A stretch of DNA of 64,000 nucleotides from Candidatus Binatia bacterium (GCA_963664395.2 OY761159.2:416001-480000), one strand, 5' to 3'; numbered from the stretch's first letter, positions 9,097 to 18,610 are shown. Notes: generated by a model not told the origin, from the letters alone. Translations and numbers: made by a program.

Positions 9097-9123
9097 GACG
9101 GGAGACCTGCCGGTCACCCCTAG
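9097..9123. repeat. REP-like palindrome, right flank of hicAB
   Basis: gacgggagacctgccggtcacccctag, similar to 8220-8246 and in the same orientation. Confidence 0.5.
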
Positions 9124-9368
9124 CCTGTCCCACCCGATCTCTCTGGAGACAGCCGCCGTGGTGGTGCTCCGCAGTGGCGCAAGGCTAAGGTATCGAGGCG
9201 TTCCTGGAACGCTTTTTTTTCAACCGACGTCTGGCAGGGCAAGGCGCACAGGGCGTGGCGGTCCTCCAGGGGGAAGGCCTGCCATTCTTTTAAGTGGAGT
9301 TTGATTCCGACCCGGTCGAGCTTGGCTCGAACAGGGCGGGGAATCCAGCCAAGATCATCAGTCTCCAT
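9120..9368 (-). CDS. Nitrate reductase-associated protein family (short version)
   Basis: IP..VR.KLD..GIKL.L..W......R..L...PC pattern. Confidence 0.65.
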   Translation of the reverse strand: METDDLGWIPRPVRAKLDRVGIKLHLKEWQAFPLEDRHALCALPCQTSVEKKAFQERLDTLALRHCGAPPRRLSPERSGGTG

Positions 9369-9491
9369 ACCCTCTCCCTTTCCACACAGCGATCCGTTCG
9401 CCCCTACCCGCTTTCACCCCGGCGCGCAAGGCAGCCCCGCCCGCCTGCCCCTATTGGCGATTCAGAAAGGGGTATGGTAATGCTTCAGCCC

Positions 9492-10709
9492 ATGTCAGCA
9501 AAGAAAGCAAAGGCGGCCCGCCGTAAGGCAGCCACACACGACCCGGCCTTGCAGACGGCGCGTCACGCTCCCAGTTGGCCACCACTCGCCATACGTATCC
9601 TTGGAGGGCTGGGTCTCGTCCTCGGGGTCTACCTCTCGGTCCTGCACTATCAGGCTGGGGCGAGCGGCCCTATTGAATCGGCTTTTTGTGGCAGCGGGAC
9701 CACGGTCAACTGTAGCCTGGTCTTGAGTAGCGCCTACGCCTCGCTCTTTGGGGTTCCGGTGGCCGTCCTCGCCGTCGGCACCTATGCTGCCCTCCTCGCC
9801 AGCACGTTCCTGGCTACGCCTGGGCTGACCATCCTGCTGTGTGGCTGGATGTTTGTCTTCTCACTGTATATGGCAGCGCTCTCATTCTTTACCATAGGGG
9901 CCGTGTGTCCCCTGTGTACCGGTCTGTATCTGGTGAACATCGGCCTCTTCATGAGCGCCGTTGTGCTGGGACGGGCGAACAACACGATTACCACGCCGCG
10001 GCTGGCCTATGCTGCTCTTGGATTTACCATCTTTCTGTTGGGCATCGGACTGACCCAAACAGAGGATGCAACAAACGTCACTACCCCTCGGGAATATCTT
10101 GCTCCCACACCGGCCGAGATGGACATGAGTTTTGTCCGCTATTACTACGACCAACCTGCCGTCGTGCTGCGAGGCCCGGAACGCCACGTTGAAGGTCCCT
10201 CAGACGCAGTGCTCACGATTCATGAGTTCGTTGATTTTCGCTGCCCGCAGTGCGCCAACGCTCGAGACACACTCATGAAATTTCAGCATGCCAACCCCAA
10301 TGATGTGCGGGTCGTGTTTCGGCATTATCCCCTCGACCAGCAGTGTAACACGGGCATGAAAGGCCAAGTCCATCCGGGCGCTTGTGCGGCGTCAATGGCG
10401 GCCGAGTGTGCCGCAGAACAGGGAAAATTCTGGGAGTATGCCGACCTGCTGTTTGCGGAGCAGACCAAATTTAAGCGGACCGACTTTGACGCCCACGCCA
10501 GGACCGCCAGATTGGATTTCGAGCAGTTCGGCGCGTGCATGGATGATGGGCGCACCGAGGCGCTGGTCAAGAACGATATTGACGAGGCCCTGCGTCTTGA
10601 GATCAAAGCCACCCCCACCCTGGTGGTGAACGGGCGGCTCATCCGGGGTCTGCCGCCCATTAAAAAGCTCGCCACGTTGGTAACACTCCAGAAACAGCCG
10701 GAAGGATAA
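9492..10709 (+). CDS. VKOR-DsbA (thioredoxin) fusion protein
   Basis: VKOR loop C.......C..VL.S.YA...GVP and membrane CPLC; C-terminal EFVDFRCPQC, FRHYPL and TPTLVVNG. Alternative start at 9474. Confidence 0.9.
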   Translation: MSAKKAKAARRKAATHDPALQTARHAPSWPPLAIRILGGLGLVLGVYLSVLHYQAGASGPIESAFCGSGTTVNCSLVLSSAYASLFGVPVAVLAVGTYAALLASTFLATPGLTILLCGWMFVFSLYMAALSFFTIGAVCPLCTGLYLVNIGLFMSAVVLGRANNTITTPRLAYAALGFTIFLLGIGLTQTEDATNVTTPREYLAPTPAEMDMSFVRYYYDQPAVVLRGPERHVEGPSDAVLTIHEFVDFRCPQCANARDTLMKFQHANPNDVRVVFRHYPLDQQCNTGMKGQVHPGACAASMAAECAAEQGKFWEYADLLFAEQTKFKRTDFDAHARTARLDFEQFGACMDDGRTEALVKNDIDEALRLEIKATPTLVVNGRLIRGLPPIKKLATLVTLQKQPEG

Positions 10710-10726
10710 GGCTTCCTCGCCTGCTC

Positions 10727-11398
10727 TTATCCCACAATCACGTGTTCGCGCGTAATGATAAATGGCAGTTTGGCGCCATCGATAAAATTGGCTTCATCCG
10801 CCCGGGTTGCGGCATACTCGGGCATGCCGGCTGAGGCGCGCATGGCTTGCGTATCAGCAAACCAGGTAATGGCCACCCCGTCATAGACCGGTGTTTTTCC
10901 GGCCTTATATACCGAGAGCCGGGTATGGCTCTGCACATAGCGTCGAATCACCGGAATGGCCGCCCCGAGTGGGCCGTGGACTTCCCGCCAGTGTTTTTGA
11001 AAGGCCTCAATCGATAAATCGGCCCGGTGGGTGACAAACTCCATATTCTTGACCGCATTGGGCGGGACACTCCCAGCCTTGATCGTATGCTCCTGGGTGA
11101 TAATGCTGCCCATGGTTGAGAGGTCGATGAAATGCGGCTCATCAGCCCGCACCGCGGCGTACTCCGGCGTCTCGCCCTGAGCCCGCAGCACCTGCGTATC
11201 CTCGACCCACACCTCGGCCACGCCGTCGTAGGCGGGCTCCCCTTTGCGGTAGCCGCCCAGCAGCGTATGCGACTGCACATAGCGCTGAATGCCCGGCAAC
11301 TTGACGACCACGTCGGCATGTTTCGTCCGCCAGTATTCCTGGAAGGCTTCGACCGACAGGCCCGGTTTGCGCTTAAAAAATGACATGAGTTTGATCAT
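10727..11398 (-). CDS. EthD-family protein with two tandem domains
   Basis: Two copies of EAFQ..WR..H ... RYVQSHT ... YDGVA..W ... ADE..FID. Confidence 0.85.
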   Translation of the reverse strand: MIKLMSFFKRKPGLSVEAFQEYWRTKHADVVVKLPGIQRYVQSHTLLGGYRKGEPAYDGVAEVWVEDTQVLRAQGETPEYAAVRADEPHFIDLSTMGSIITQEHTIKAGSVPPNAVKNMEFVTHRADLSIEAFQKHWREVHGPLGAAIPVIRRYVQSHTRLSVYKAGKTPVYDGVAITWFADTQAMRASAGMPEYAATRADEANFIDGAKLPFIITREHVIVG

Positions 11399-11568
11399 AC
11401 TTAGCCCTTTCCTTTGCATATGCTACGTGTAGAGGTGATTCACATACCGCTCTCCCCCTTACCTATTCGGCAGCTACGTCACCGGTCAAGCCAATCCCCT
11501 CGCATTGAGCCCGCCGGGCCAAGCGCGTATAACAGGTGGGCGTTCCAGCGCAGGCGAAAGGAGGCAGC

Positions 11569-12609
11569 ATGATTTCGGTTGGCTATATGCCCGATACCCA
11601 CGGCGGCCCGTACCAACAACCGGAACCGGACCCGGAGCGTGCGGCCAATTTTTCCCAGCAATTGCTGCACGAAGCCGAGCAGGCGGAACAGGCCGGCTTT
11701 GACGCCCTGTTCGTGCCCGAACGACACGCCCGCACGGAATGCATGTTTCCTTCGACCCTGACCCTCATGGCCGCCCTGGCCGCCCGCACCGAGCGCGTCA
11801 AGATCGGCTCCTACGTCATCATGCCGCCCCTGTATAATCCGGTCCATCTGGCTGAGCAGGCAGCCATGATCGATGTCCTGTCACGCGGCCGACTCATCAT
11901 GGGCGTTGGCGTGGGCTATCATGTTGATTACTTCAATCATTTTGGGGTATCGATCCGGCAACGCGAGGGTCGCTTTGAGGAATGCCTCGACATTCTGCAC
12001 AAGGCCTGGACCACACCGGGACCGATTGCCCATCACGGCCGGTATTACGATTATGACGCGATCCACATCACGCCCAAGCCCTACCAAAAACCTCGTCCGC
12101 CCATTTGGATAGGTGCGTTTGGTCCGAAGTCCATCGCGCGGGCCGGACGCTTGGGCGACGCCTGGTCGATGGCACCGTTTTTTGACAGCTTTGATACCCT
12201 CAAAGCCCAACTGGAAATCTATCAGGAAGCGGCAATACAGGCCGGGAAAACGCCGCATGTGGCCCTCTTGCGGGACGGCTGGCTGGCCTCCAGCATGGAA
12301 GAAGCCGAGGAGACGTTTGGCCGGCTCTGGCTTGAAGAGTGCAAGTTTTATCTGCGTCAGGGCATGCTCACGCCAACCAAAGATTTTGCATCAGAATCTG
12401 ATTTCACCCTGGATAAAGTCCGCCCCTACATGGCCATAGGCACCAAAGACGACTGGCTGGAACATCTGAGCCTGTGGCAAAAAGAACTCGGGGTTGAGCA
12501 TTTCGTACTTCGCTGTCGGGTACCCATGGGGCCACAGCCGGAGCAGGTCATCGAATGCATCCAACGGCTGGGCGAAGAAGTCTTGCCTGCCCTCAAGACG
12601 CTGGCGTAA
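11569..12609 (+). CDS. LLM-class flavin-dependent oxidoreductase
   Basis: GFDALFVPERH, DVLSRGRL..GVG.GY and PKPYQKPRPPIWIG motifs. Confidence 0.9.
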   Translation: MISVGYMPDTHGGPYQQPEPDPERAANFSQQLLHEAEQAEQAGFDALFVPERHARTECMFPSTLTLMAALAARTERVKIGSYVIMPPLYNPVHLAEQAAMIDVLSRGRLIMGVGVGYHVDYFNHFGVSIRQREGRFEECLDILHKAWTTPGPIAHHGRYYDYDAIHITPKPYQKPRPPIWIGAFGPKSIARAGRLGDAWSMAPFFDSFDTLKAQLEIYQEAAIQAGKTPHVALLRDGWLASSMEEAEETFGRLWLEECKFYLRQGMLTPTKDFASESDFTLDKVRPYMAIGTKDDWLEHLSLWQKELGVEHFVLRCRVPMGPQPEQVIECIQRLGEEVLPALKTLA

Positions 12610-12634
12610 ACGGCAACCCAAGAAGAGGAAGAGT

Positions 12635-13825
12635 ATGGATTTTCAATATACGCCTGAACAGGACGCCTTTCGGACTGAGGTCCGCGGCTGGTTGGCGGCG
12701 AATTTGGACCCCGCCCTGTGTGTCGACGACCCCAAAGACGAGCGAGTCGCCCCGGACCGGGAAACGTTTGAAAAACGCCGTCTCTGGCAGCGCAGCATGT
12801 ACGACAGCGGCTGGGTCGGTGTTGCCTGGCCCACAGAATATGGCGGTCGTGGCGCCGGCCTGCTGGAACAAGTCGTTTTTGACGAAGAATACTCAAACGC
12901 CCATGCCCCGGTCTTACCCGGCTATTCCGGCATTGCCCTATGCGGTCCGACACTCATGCACTGGGGCGCAGACGAACAAAAGGCACGCTTCCTCAAGCGC
13001 ATACTGAACGGCGATGACGTCTGGTGTCAGGGATATTCCGAGCCCTGCGCGGGCTCGGACCTGGCCGGGCTGCAAACCAAGGCCGTTGCCGAGGGCGACG
13101 ATTTCATCATCAACGGCCAGAAGGTCTGGACCTCGGGCGCGCAGTACGCGGACTGGATTTTCATGCTGGTCCGGACCGACCCGGACGCGCCCAAACATCG
13201 CGGCATCAGCTATATGCTGGTCAATATGAAAACTCCTGGGGTGACGGTCCGGCCCTTGGTGCTGATGAACGGTCATGCGCATTTCAACGAAGTTTTTTTC
13301 GAAGATGTTCGGGTTCCCAAAGCCAACCTCGTTGGCCCGCTCAACGAGGGCTGGAAGGTGGCCATGACGACGTTAATGTTCGAGCGCGCCTATGCCGGGG
13401 TCGGGAATTATGACGACCAGATCGGCCGTTTGGTGGAACTGTCCAAACAGGTCCATATCGGCGACACCCCCGCCTGGGAGCAATCCTGGGTGCGGCAGAG
13501 GCTGGTCCAATTCCGCATTGAAAGCCAGGCCCTCCAATACACCCGCTTGCGCGGCCTGACCAAACTGCTCAAGGGGGTGCCGCCAGGCCCGGAGGGCTCC
13601 ATGCTGAAGCTGTGCGGTTCGGAGTTGGGTATTGATATTGCTGCGTTTGCCAGCGAACTCCTGGCCGGCGCAGCCATTACCAACCAGGCAACCGACAGCG
13701 TCCCCGACGCCCCACGCTGGTTCAACCGGGTCCTCAGCGCCCGGCAGTACACGATTGCTGGCGGCACGAGTGAGATTCAGAAGAATATTATGGGAGAGCG
13801 GGTGTTGGGGTTACCGAAGGGATAG
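12635..13825 (+). CDS. Acyl-CoA dehydrogenase family protein
   Basis: WCQGYSEP.AGSDLA, NGQKVWTS, FNEVFFEDVRVP and TIAGGTSEIQKN motifs. Confidence 0.92.
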   Translation: MDFQYTPEQDAFRTEVRGWLAANLDPALCVDDPKDERVAPDRETFEKRRLWQRSMYDSGWVGVAWPTEYGGRGAGLLEQVVFDEEYSNAHAPVLPGYSGIALCGPTLMHWGADEQKARFLKRILNGDDVWCQGYSEPCAGSDLAGLQTKAVAEGDDFIINGQKVWTSGAQYADWIFMLVRTDPDAPKHRGISYMLVNMKTPGVTVRPLVLMNGHAHFNEVFFEDVRVPKANLVGPLNEGWKVAMTTLMFERAYAGVGNYDDQIGRLVELSKQVHIGDTPAWEQSWVRQRLVQFRIESQALQYTRLRGLTKLLKGVPPGPEGSMLKLCGSELGIDIAAFASELLAGAAITNQATDSVPDAPRWFNRVLSARQYTIAGGTSEIQKNIMGERVLGLPKG

Positions 13826-13891
13826 TTGCTCATCTGGCAGTCCGTATCCCCAGCTGAGTTGTCCGGCGGAAGGGGAACTGGACCAGGACCG

Positions 13892-13918
13892 TTGTTTTTT
13901 GTTTTTGCCGGGTATAAT
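13892..13918 (+). promoter_or_regulatory. Putative sigma70 promoter for the trp leader
   Basis: Perfect TATAAT at 13913-13918, 9 nt before the leader ATG; weak -35 (ttgttt). Confidence 0.45.
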
Positions 13919-13927
13919 AGCTCAGTC

Positions 13928-14008
13928 ATGACGAGTCGTCCGAACTATCATATACTCCAGAACCGCCGGAATTGGTGGTGGCTGCCCAAGGAGGTGGCCC
14001 GGACGTAG
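13928..14008 (+). CDS. trpL: Trp attenuator leader peptide (26 aa, WWW)
   Basis: MTSRPNYHILQNRRNWWWLPKEVART*; three TGG codons at 13973-13981, upstream of anthranilate synthase. Confidence 0.85.
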   Translation: MTSRPNYHILQNRRNWWWLPKEVART

Positions 14009-14026
14009 GACAACGACCGCACTCGG

Positions 14027-14061
14027 AGCCGCCTTGTAAATGTGAGGCGGCTTTTCTTTTT
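14027..14061 (+). terminator. Attenuator terminator 1 (3:4 hairpin)
   Basis: AGCCGCCT-tgtaaatgtg-AGGCGGCT followed by TTTCTTTTT. Confidence 0.85.
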
Positions 14062-14064
14062 CTC

Positions 14065-14099
14065 AGGCCGCCGCCTCTCCCAAGGCTGCGGCCTTTTTT
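14065..14099 (+). terminator. Second tandem intrinsic terminator
   Basis: AGGCCGC-c-GCCT-ctccca-AGGC-t-GCGGCCT followed by TTTTT. Confidence 0.7.
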
Positions 14100-14196
14100 A
14101 TACAGGCCCGGCTCTGGAAAGAGTAAACGTGCTCTCCATAGCATACGAAGTTGTTGACACGTTCACTCTTTCACAACACAGGATAGCGAGGCCAAT

Positions 14197-16371
14197 ATGA
14201 CATCTCTGCTCCAACACACAGACCATTACCATACCCGTGGGGGAATCACCGTTCATCGGGTGATTGACGACCTGCCGGCGGCAGACACCATCGAGCCCGT
14301 TCTGGACGCGCTCGACCACCAGCGCGGCGCCCTGTTTGCCTCAAGCTATGAATATCCAGGGCGCTACACCCGCTGGGATATGGGCTTTATCAACCCGCCC
14401 CTGGCGATCGGGGGACGGCGCCTGAATTTTTGGGTGTCCGCGCTGAACGAGCGCGGCACTCTGCTCTTACCGGCCATTACCGCAGTGCTTGAGAATCTTT
14501 CCGCGGTCGCCTCGTTGGAGGTCCGGGGGCCGGAGCTGAGCGGCTCCATCACGCCAACGCCTGAACGCTTTCCGGAGGAGCAGCGCAGTCAGCAACCCTC
14601 TCTTTTTTCCGTGCTGCGCGTGCTGGTGCAACTCTTTTATAGCACCGCGGAGCCTCATCTGGGTCTGTATGGCGCGTTTGGCTACGACCTCGCCTTTCAG
14701 TTTGAACCGTTGCGGCTGCGTTTGGAACGGCCGCCTGACCAGCGCGACCTGGTGCTGTATCTCCCGGACGAACTGATCGTGGTTGACCATCGACGCGAGC
14801 GGGCGATGCGGCGCAGTTATGAATTTGAAGTGGACGGACACTCGACGCACGGTATCCCGCGCAGCGGCGCAAGCCGGATGTATCAGGGCAACCCCCAGGT
14901 GAGGCAGAGTTGCGACCACGAGCCGGGGGAGTATGCCACCGGGGTCGCCGTGGCCAAAGCCGCCTTCAAAAAGGGAGACCTGTTTGAAGTGGTGCCGGGG
15001 CAGACATTTTTTGAGGGCTGCACGGCCTCTCCGGCGGAACTGTTTCGGCGACTCCGGGAACGCAACCCGTCGCCGTACGGCTTTCTCATTAACCTCGGAC
15101 AGGATGAATACTTGGTGGGCGCCTCGCCCGAAATGTACGTCCGGGTTGAGGGCAAGCGCGTCGAGACCTGTCCCATATCGGGCACCATTGCCCGCGGGCA
15201 GGACGCGATCACCGATGCCGACCGGATTCTTGAACTGCTGACCTCAAAGAAAGACGAGTCCGAGCTGACCATGTGCACCGACGTGGACCGCAATGACAAG
15301 TCGCGCATTTGCAAACCGGGCAGCGTGCGCGTGATTGGCCGACGTCAAATCGAAATGTACTCCCGCCTGATTCATACCGTCGATCATGTCGAGGGCTATC
15401 TCAGAGAAGAGTTTGACGCTCTCGACGCCTTTTTGGCCCATACCTGGGCCGTGACCGTCACCGGCGCGCCCAAAGCCTGGGCCATGCAGTTTATTGAAGA
15501 CCACGAAAAATCGCCCCGCGCCTGGTACGGCGGCGCGGTGGGTCTGATTGGGTTTAACGGTAGCCTGAATACCGGTCTGACGCTGCGGACCATTCGTCTG
15601 AAAGACGGCGTGGCCCAGGTCCGGGCGGGCGCCACCCTGCTGTACGACTCCGACCCGCAGGCAGAGGAGGAAGAAACCCACATCAAAGCCTCGGCCTTTC
15701 TCGACGCTATCCGCCGTCCGCGGGGCTTGACCCCGGAAAAGGGCATGCCCTTGGCCCCCGTTGGCCGGAATAAAAAAATCCTGCTGATCGATCATCAGGA
15801 TTCCTTTGTCCACACCCTGGCCAATTATCTGCGTCAAACCGGGGCCGAGGTCCTCACCCTGCGCGCCGGTTTTCCCGAGAGTGAATTTGATACCTACCAG
15901 CCTGACCTTGTTGTCTTGTCTCCCGGTCCAGGCGAACCAAAGGATTTCAATATCTCGGATACGCTCAGCGCCGTGCTGAAACGGCATCTGCCCGTCTTTG
16001 GTGTGTGTCTGGGTCTGCAGGGCATTGTCGAGCACTTTGGTGGCAGACTCTCGACCCTCCCCTACCCGATGCACGGTAAACCGTCACGCATTCATGTCCT
16101 GGAGGGACAAATAAGGAGACAGTTATACGACAATCTCCCGAGAGAATTTCGTGCTGCGCGCTACCATTCTCTGTTTGCCCTGCGCGATACGCTGCCCCCC
16201 ACACTACGCATTACCGCTGAGAGCGATGATGGGGTCGTCATGGCGGTTGAGCATACGGACCTGCCCATCGCCGCGGTGCAGTTTCATCCGGAGTCTATTT
16301 TAACGCTTCAGGAGGATCTGGGGCTACGTTTGATTCACAATGTGGTAGAGACGCTGACCACTCCACTTTGA
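14197..16371 (+). CDS. trpE: Fused anthranilate synthase component I/II, TrpE(G)
   Basis: SSYEYPGRYTRWD, GASPE, PISGT, ELTMCTDVDRND and TVTGAPK; GATase DHQDSF, SPGPG, GVCLG and QFHPES. Confidence 0.95.
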   Translation: MTSLLQHTDHYHTRGGITVHRVIDDLPAADTIEPVLDALDHQRGALFASSYEYPGRYTRWDMGFINPPLAIGGRRLNFWVSALNERGTLLLPAITAVLENLSAVASLEVRGPELSGSITPTPERFPEEQRSQQPSLFSVLRVLVQLFYSTAEPHLGLYGAFGYDLAFQFEPLRLRLERPPDQRDLVLYLPDELIVVDHRRERAMRRSYEFEVDGHSTHGIPRSGASRMYQGNPQVRQSCDHEPGEYATGVAVAKAAFKKGDLFEVVPGQTFFEGCTASPAELFRRLRERNPSPYGFLINLGQDEYLVGASPEMYVRVEGKRVETCPISGTIARGQDAITDADRILELLTSKKDESELTMCTDVDRNDKSRICKPGSVRVIGRRQIEMYSRLIHTVDHVEGYLREEFDALDAFLAHTWAVTVTGAPKAWAMQFIEDHEKSPRAWYGGAVGLIGFNGSLNTGLTLRTIRLKDGVAQVRAGATLLYDSDPQAEEEETHIKASAFLDAIRRPRGLTPEKGMPLAPVGRNKKILLIDHQDSFVHTLANYLRQTGAEVLTLRAGFPESEFDTYQPDLVVLSPGPGEPKDFNISDTLSAVLKRHLPVFGVCLGLQGIVEHFGGRLSTLPYPMHGKPSRIHVLEGQIRRQLYDNLPREFRAARYHSLFALRDTLPPTLRITAESDDGVVMAVEHTDLPIAAVQFHPESILTLQEDLGLRLIHNVVETLTTPL

Positions 16372-16406
16372 ACGGGCATCGCCTGCGCAATCTATAGCCA
16401 AGCCAG

Positions 16407-16451
16407 CAGCAAGATCAGCAAGATCAGCAAGATCAGCAAGATCAGCAAGAT
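16407..16451. repeat. Tandem repeat (CAGCAAGAT)x5
   Basis: Five perfect 9-mers in the intergenic region. Confidence 0.9.
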
Positions 16452-16540
16452 ATTCCTCGGACTGGAGTTCTCCGGCAAGGTCCGCTAGATTCAGAAAAGA
16501 CAACTGTCGGAAATACACCACCCACGAAACGGAGGAAGCA

Positions 16541-17803
16541 ATGAAATTCACGTGGTTTAATCTTATGCCGTGGCCGAATCTGCCGGATAATTTTCGAGAA
16601 GAGCACCATTCCGTGTGGGTGGATATTCCCAACAAGCTGTATGACCCCCACAAGGGTCACTTTGTCTACCACGAATACATGGATCAACTCGAATACGCCG
16701 ACTCGCTCGGCTATGACGGCATCGGCGTCAACGAGCATCACCAGAATGGGTACGGCCTGATGCCTTCTCCGAATATTATTGCCGCTGGCCTGGCCCGCCG
16801 CACGTCCCAGGCTGCATTGGCGGTGATTGGCAACTCACTGGCCCTGTACAACCCACCGATCCGGGTGGCTGAAGAATTTGCCATGCTGGATGTTATCTCA
16901 GGTGGCCGCCTGCTGGCCGGATTCCCGGTCGGGACTTCGATGGACACCAACTATTGCTACGGCCAGATTCCGAGCCTGACCCGCGATAAATATGCTGAAG
17001 CGCACGAGCTGGTCATGCGCGCCTGGCATGAGGAAGAACCGTTTGCCTTTGACGGGAAATACAATCAACTCCGCTATGTGAATCTGTGGCCCAAGCCTAT
17101 TCAAAAGCCCAATCCTCCGATCTACATCCCTGGCGGCGGTTCGGTCGAAACCTGGGACTTCTGCCTGGATAACGACTACAACTACTCCTACCTGTCCTTC
17201 ACCGGCTATCAGCGTGGGAAAAAATTGATGGATGGCTATTGGGATCGCGTAGCCGCACGCGGCAAAGACGAGTCCCCCTATCGGGCTGCCTTTGCCCAGA
17301 CCATCTGCGTGGCCGATACGGACCAGCAAGCCGAAGAGATGTACTCCGAACACGTCAGTTATTTCTATAATCGCTGCTTACACGTCCACGGCGGTTTTGC
17401 CGACGCGCCGGGGTATCGTACGGTCAAGACCATTAAGGCCGATGTCCTCAACGCCTTGAGTGAGGAGATGCAGAGTCTCTTTCCAAGCCTGACCTGGAAA
17501 GAGCTTGTTGATGAAGGCTATATCATTGCCGGCAGTCCGGCCACGGTCCGCGAACGCATGGAAGACCTCATTAAGTCTCTCCACGTTGGACATATCTTCT
17601 GCCTGATCCATATCGGCAACATGCCTGACTGGAAAACGCGCTACTCGACCAAGCTCTTTGCCGAACAAGTCATGCCCCACCTGCGCGACATGTGGCCGGA
17701 GTGGAAAGACGACAAGCGCTGGTGGTGTAAGCCGCTGGACGAGCGGCTGCACCCCGAAACCGGTATTGAGCAGGCGCGCCAGGACGCAAGGATGCCGCTA
17801 TGA
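16541..17803 (+). CDS. LLM-class flavin-dependent oxidoreductase
   Basis: GYDGIGVNEHHQ, AEEFAMLDVISGGRL and WPKPIQKPNPP motifs. Confidence 0.9.
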   Translation: MKFTWFNLMPWPNLPDNFREEHHSVWVDIPNKLYDPHKGHFVYHEYMDQLEYADSLGYDGIGVNEHHQNGYGLMPSPNIIAAGLARRTSQAALAVIGNSLALYNPPIRVAEEFAMLDVISGGRLLAGFPVGTSMDTNYCYGQIPSLTRDKYAEAHELVMRAWHEEEPFAFDGKYNQLRYVNLWPKPIQKPNPPIYIPGGGSVETWDFCLDNDYNYSYLSFTGYQRGKKLMDGYWDRVAARGKDESPYRAAFAQTICVADTDQQAEEMYSEHVSYFYNRCLHVHGGFADAPGYRTVKTIKADVLNALSEEMQSLFPSLTWKELVDEGYIIAGSPATVRERMEDLIKSLHVGHIFCLIHIGNMPDWKTRYSTKLFAEQVMPHLRDMWPEWKDDKRWWCKPLDERLHPETGIEQARQDARMPL

Positions 17804-18582
17804 ACAGCCGCATGATTGAGACGGGACGTGGAGCCAAGGTCCACGTCCTTGACGCCGGTAGCGGCGAGCCGCTGGTCTTTATGCACGGCGCCGGCGGCTT
17901 ATTCCCAGAGAATCCGTTCCTCGACCAATTGGCCCACCACTACCATGTGTTTGCCCCGGAATTCCCCGGCTTTGGCGCATCGACCGGCGAAGAATTGCTG
18001 GAAGATATGCTGGACTTCACCTTACACGGTTGGGATGTGGTACAAGAGCTGGGCTTGACCAAGCCGCATATTGTCGGTCATTCCATGGGTGGCATGATTG
18101 CCGCGGAAATGGCAGCCCTGGTGCCGCATGACGTTTCCAAGCTGGTCCTGGTCGCCTCGGCCGGTCTGTGGCTACCGGAGCATCCGATTCCGGATATTTT
18201 TTCCTTTCTGCCGCATGAGTTCGCGCAGTATCTGTTTCATGACCGGTCTCAGGGTGAGGCCATGTTGACCGGCGGCCTCGACCTCAAAAACCCTGAAGCC
18301 CTGAAAGAGTTCTATATCGGCAATACGCGCCGTTTGGGCATGGCCGGGAAAATTCTTTTCCCCATTCCCAACCGGCGACTTTCAAAACGCCTGTACCGCC
18401 TCAGCGCACCAACGCTGCTCGTGTGGGGCAAGAATGACGCGCTCATTCCGCCGGTCTACGCGGAGCGATTCAAAGCGCAGATTGCTAATGCTGAGATTGT
18501 TGAAATCGAAAAAGCCGGTCACATGCTTCCCTACGAACAACCGGAAGAATTTGTTCGTGCAGTTACGACCTTTCTACAGTAG
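17800..18582 (+). CDS. Alpha/beta hydrolase
   Basis: HGAGG, GHSMGG, WG..D and AGH motifs; ATGA overlap with the upstream LLM gene. Confidence 0.9.
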   Translation: MNSRMIETGRGAKVHVLDAGSGEPLVFMHGAGGLFPENPFLDQLAHHYHVFAPEFPGFGASTGEELLEDMLDFTLHGWDVVQELGLTKPHIVGHSMGGMIAAEMAALVPHDVSKLVLVASAGLWLPEHPIPDIFSFLPHEFAQYLFHDRSQGEAMLTGGLDLKNPEALKEFYIGNTRRLGMAGKILFPIPNRRLSKRLYRLSAPTLLVWGKNDALIPPVYAERFKAQIANAEIVEIEKAGHMLPYEQPEEFVRAVTTFLQ

Positions 18583-18610
18583 ACAGCACGGGCGCTACGC
18601 CCGTGCCTAC
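18579..18610. repeat. REP-like hairpin
   Basis: gtag...GCACGGGCG-cta-CGCCCGTGC-ctac. Confidence 0.5.

Noticed and set aside
16407-16451. Repeat array as a CRISPR
   Set aside because: The units are 9 bp with no spacers, and there are no cas genes.
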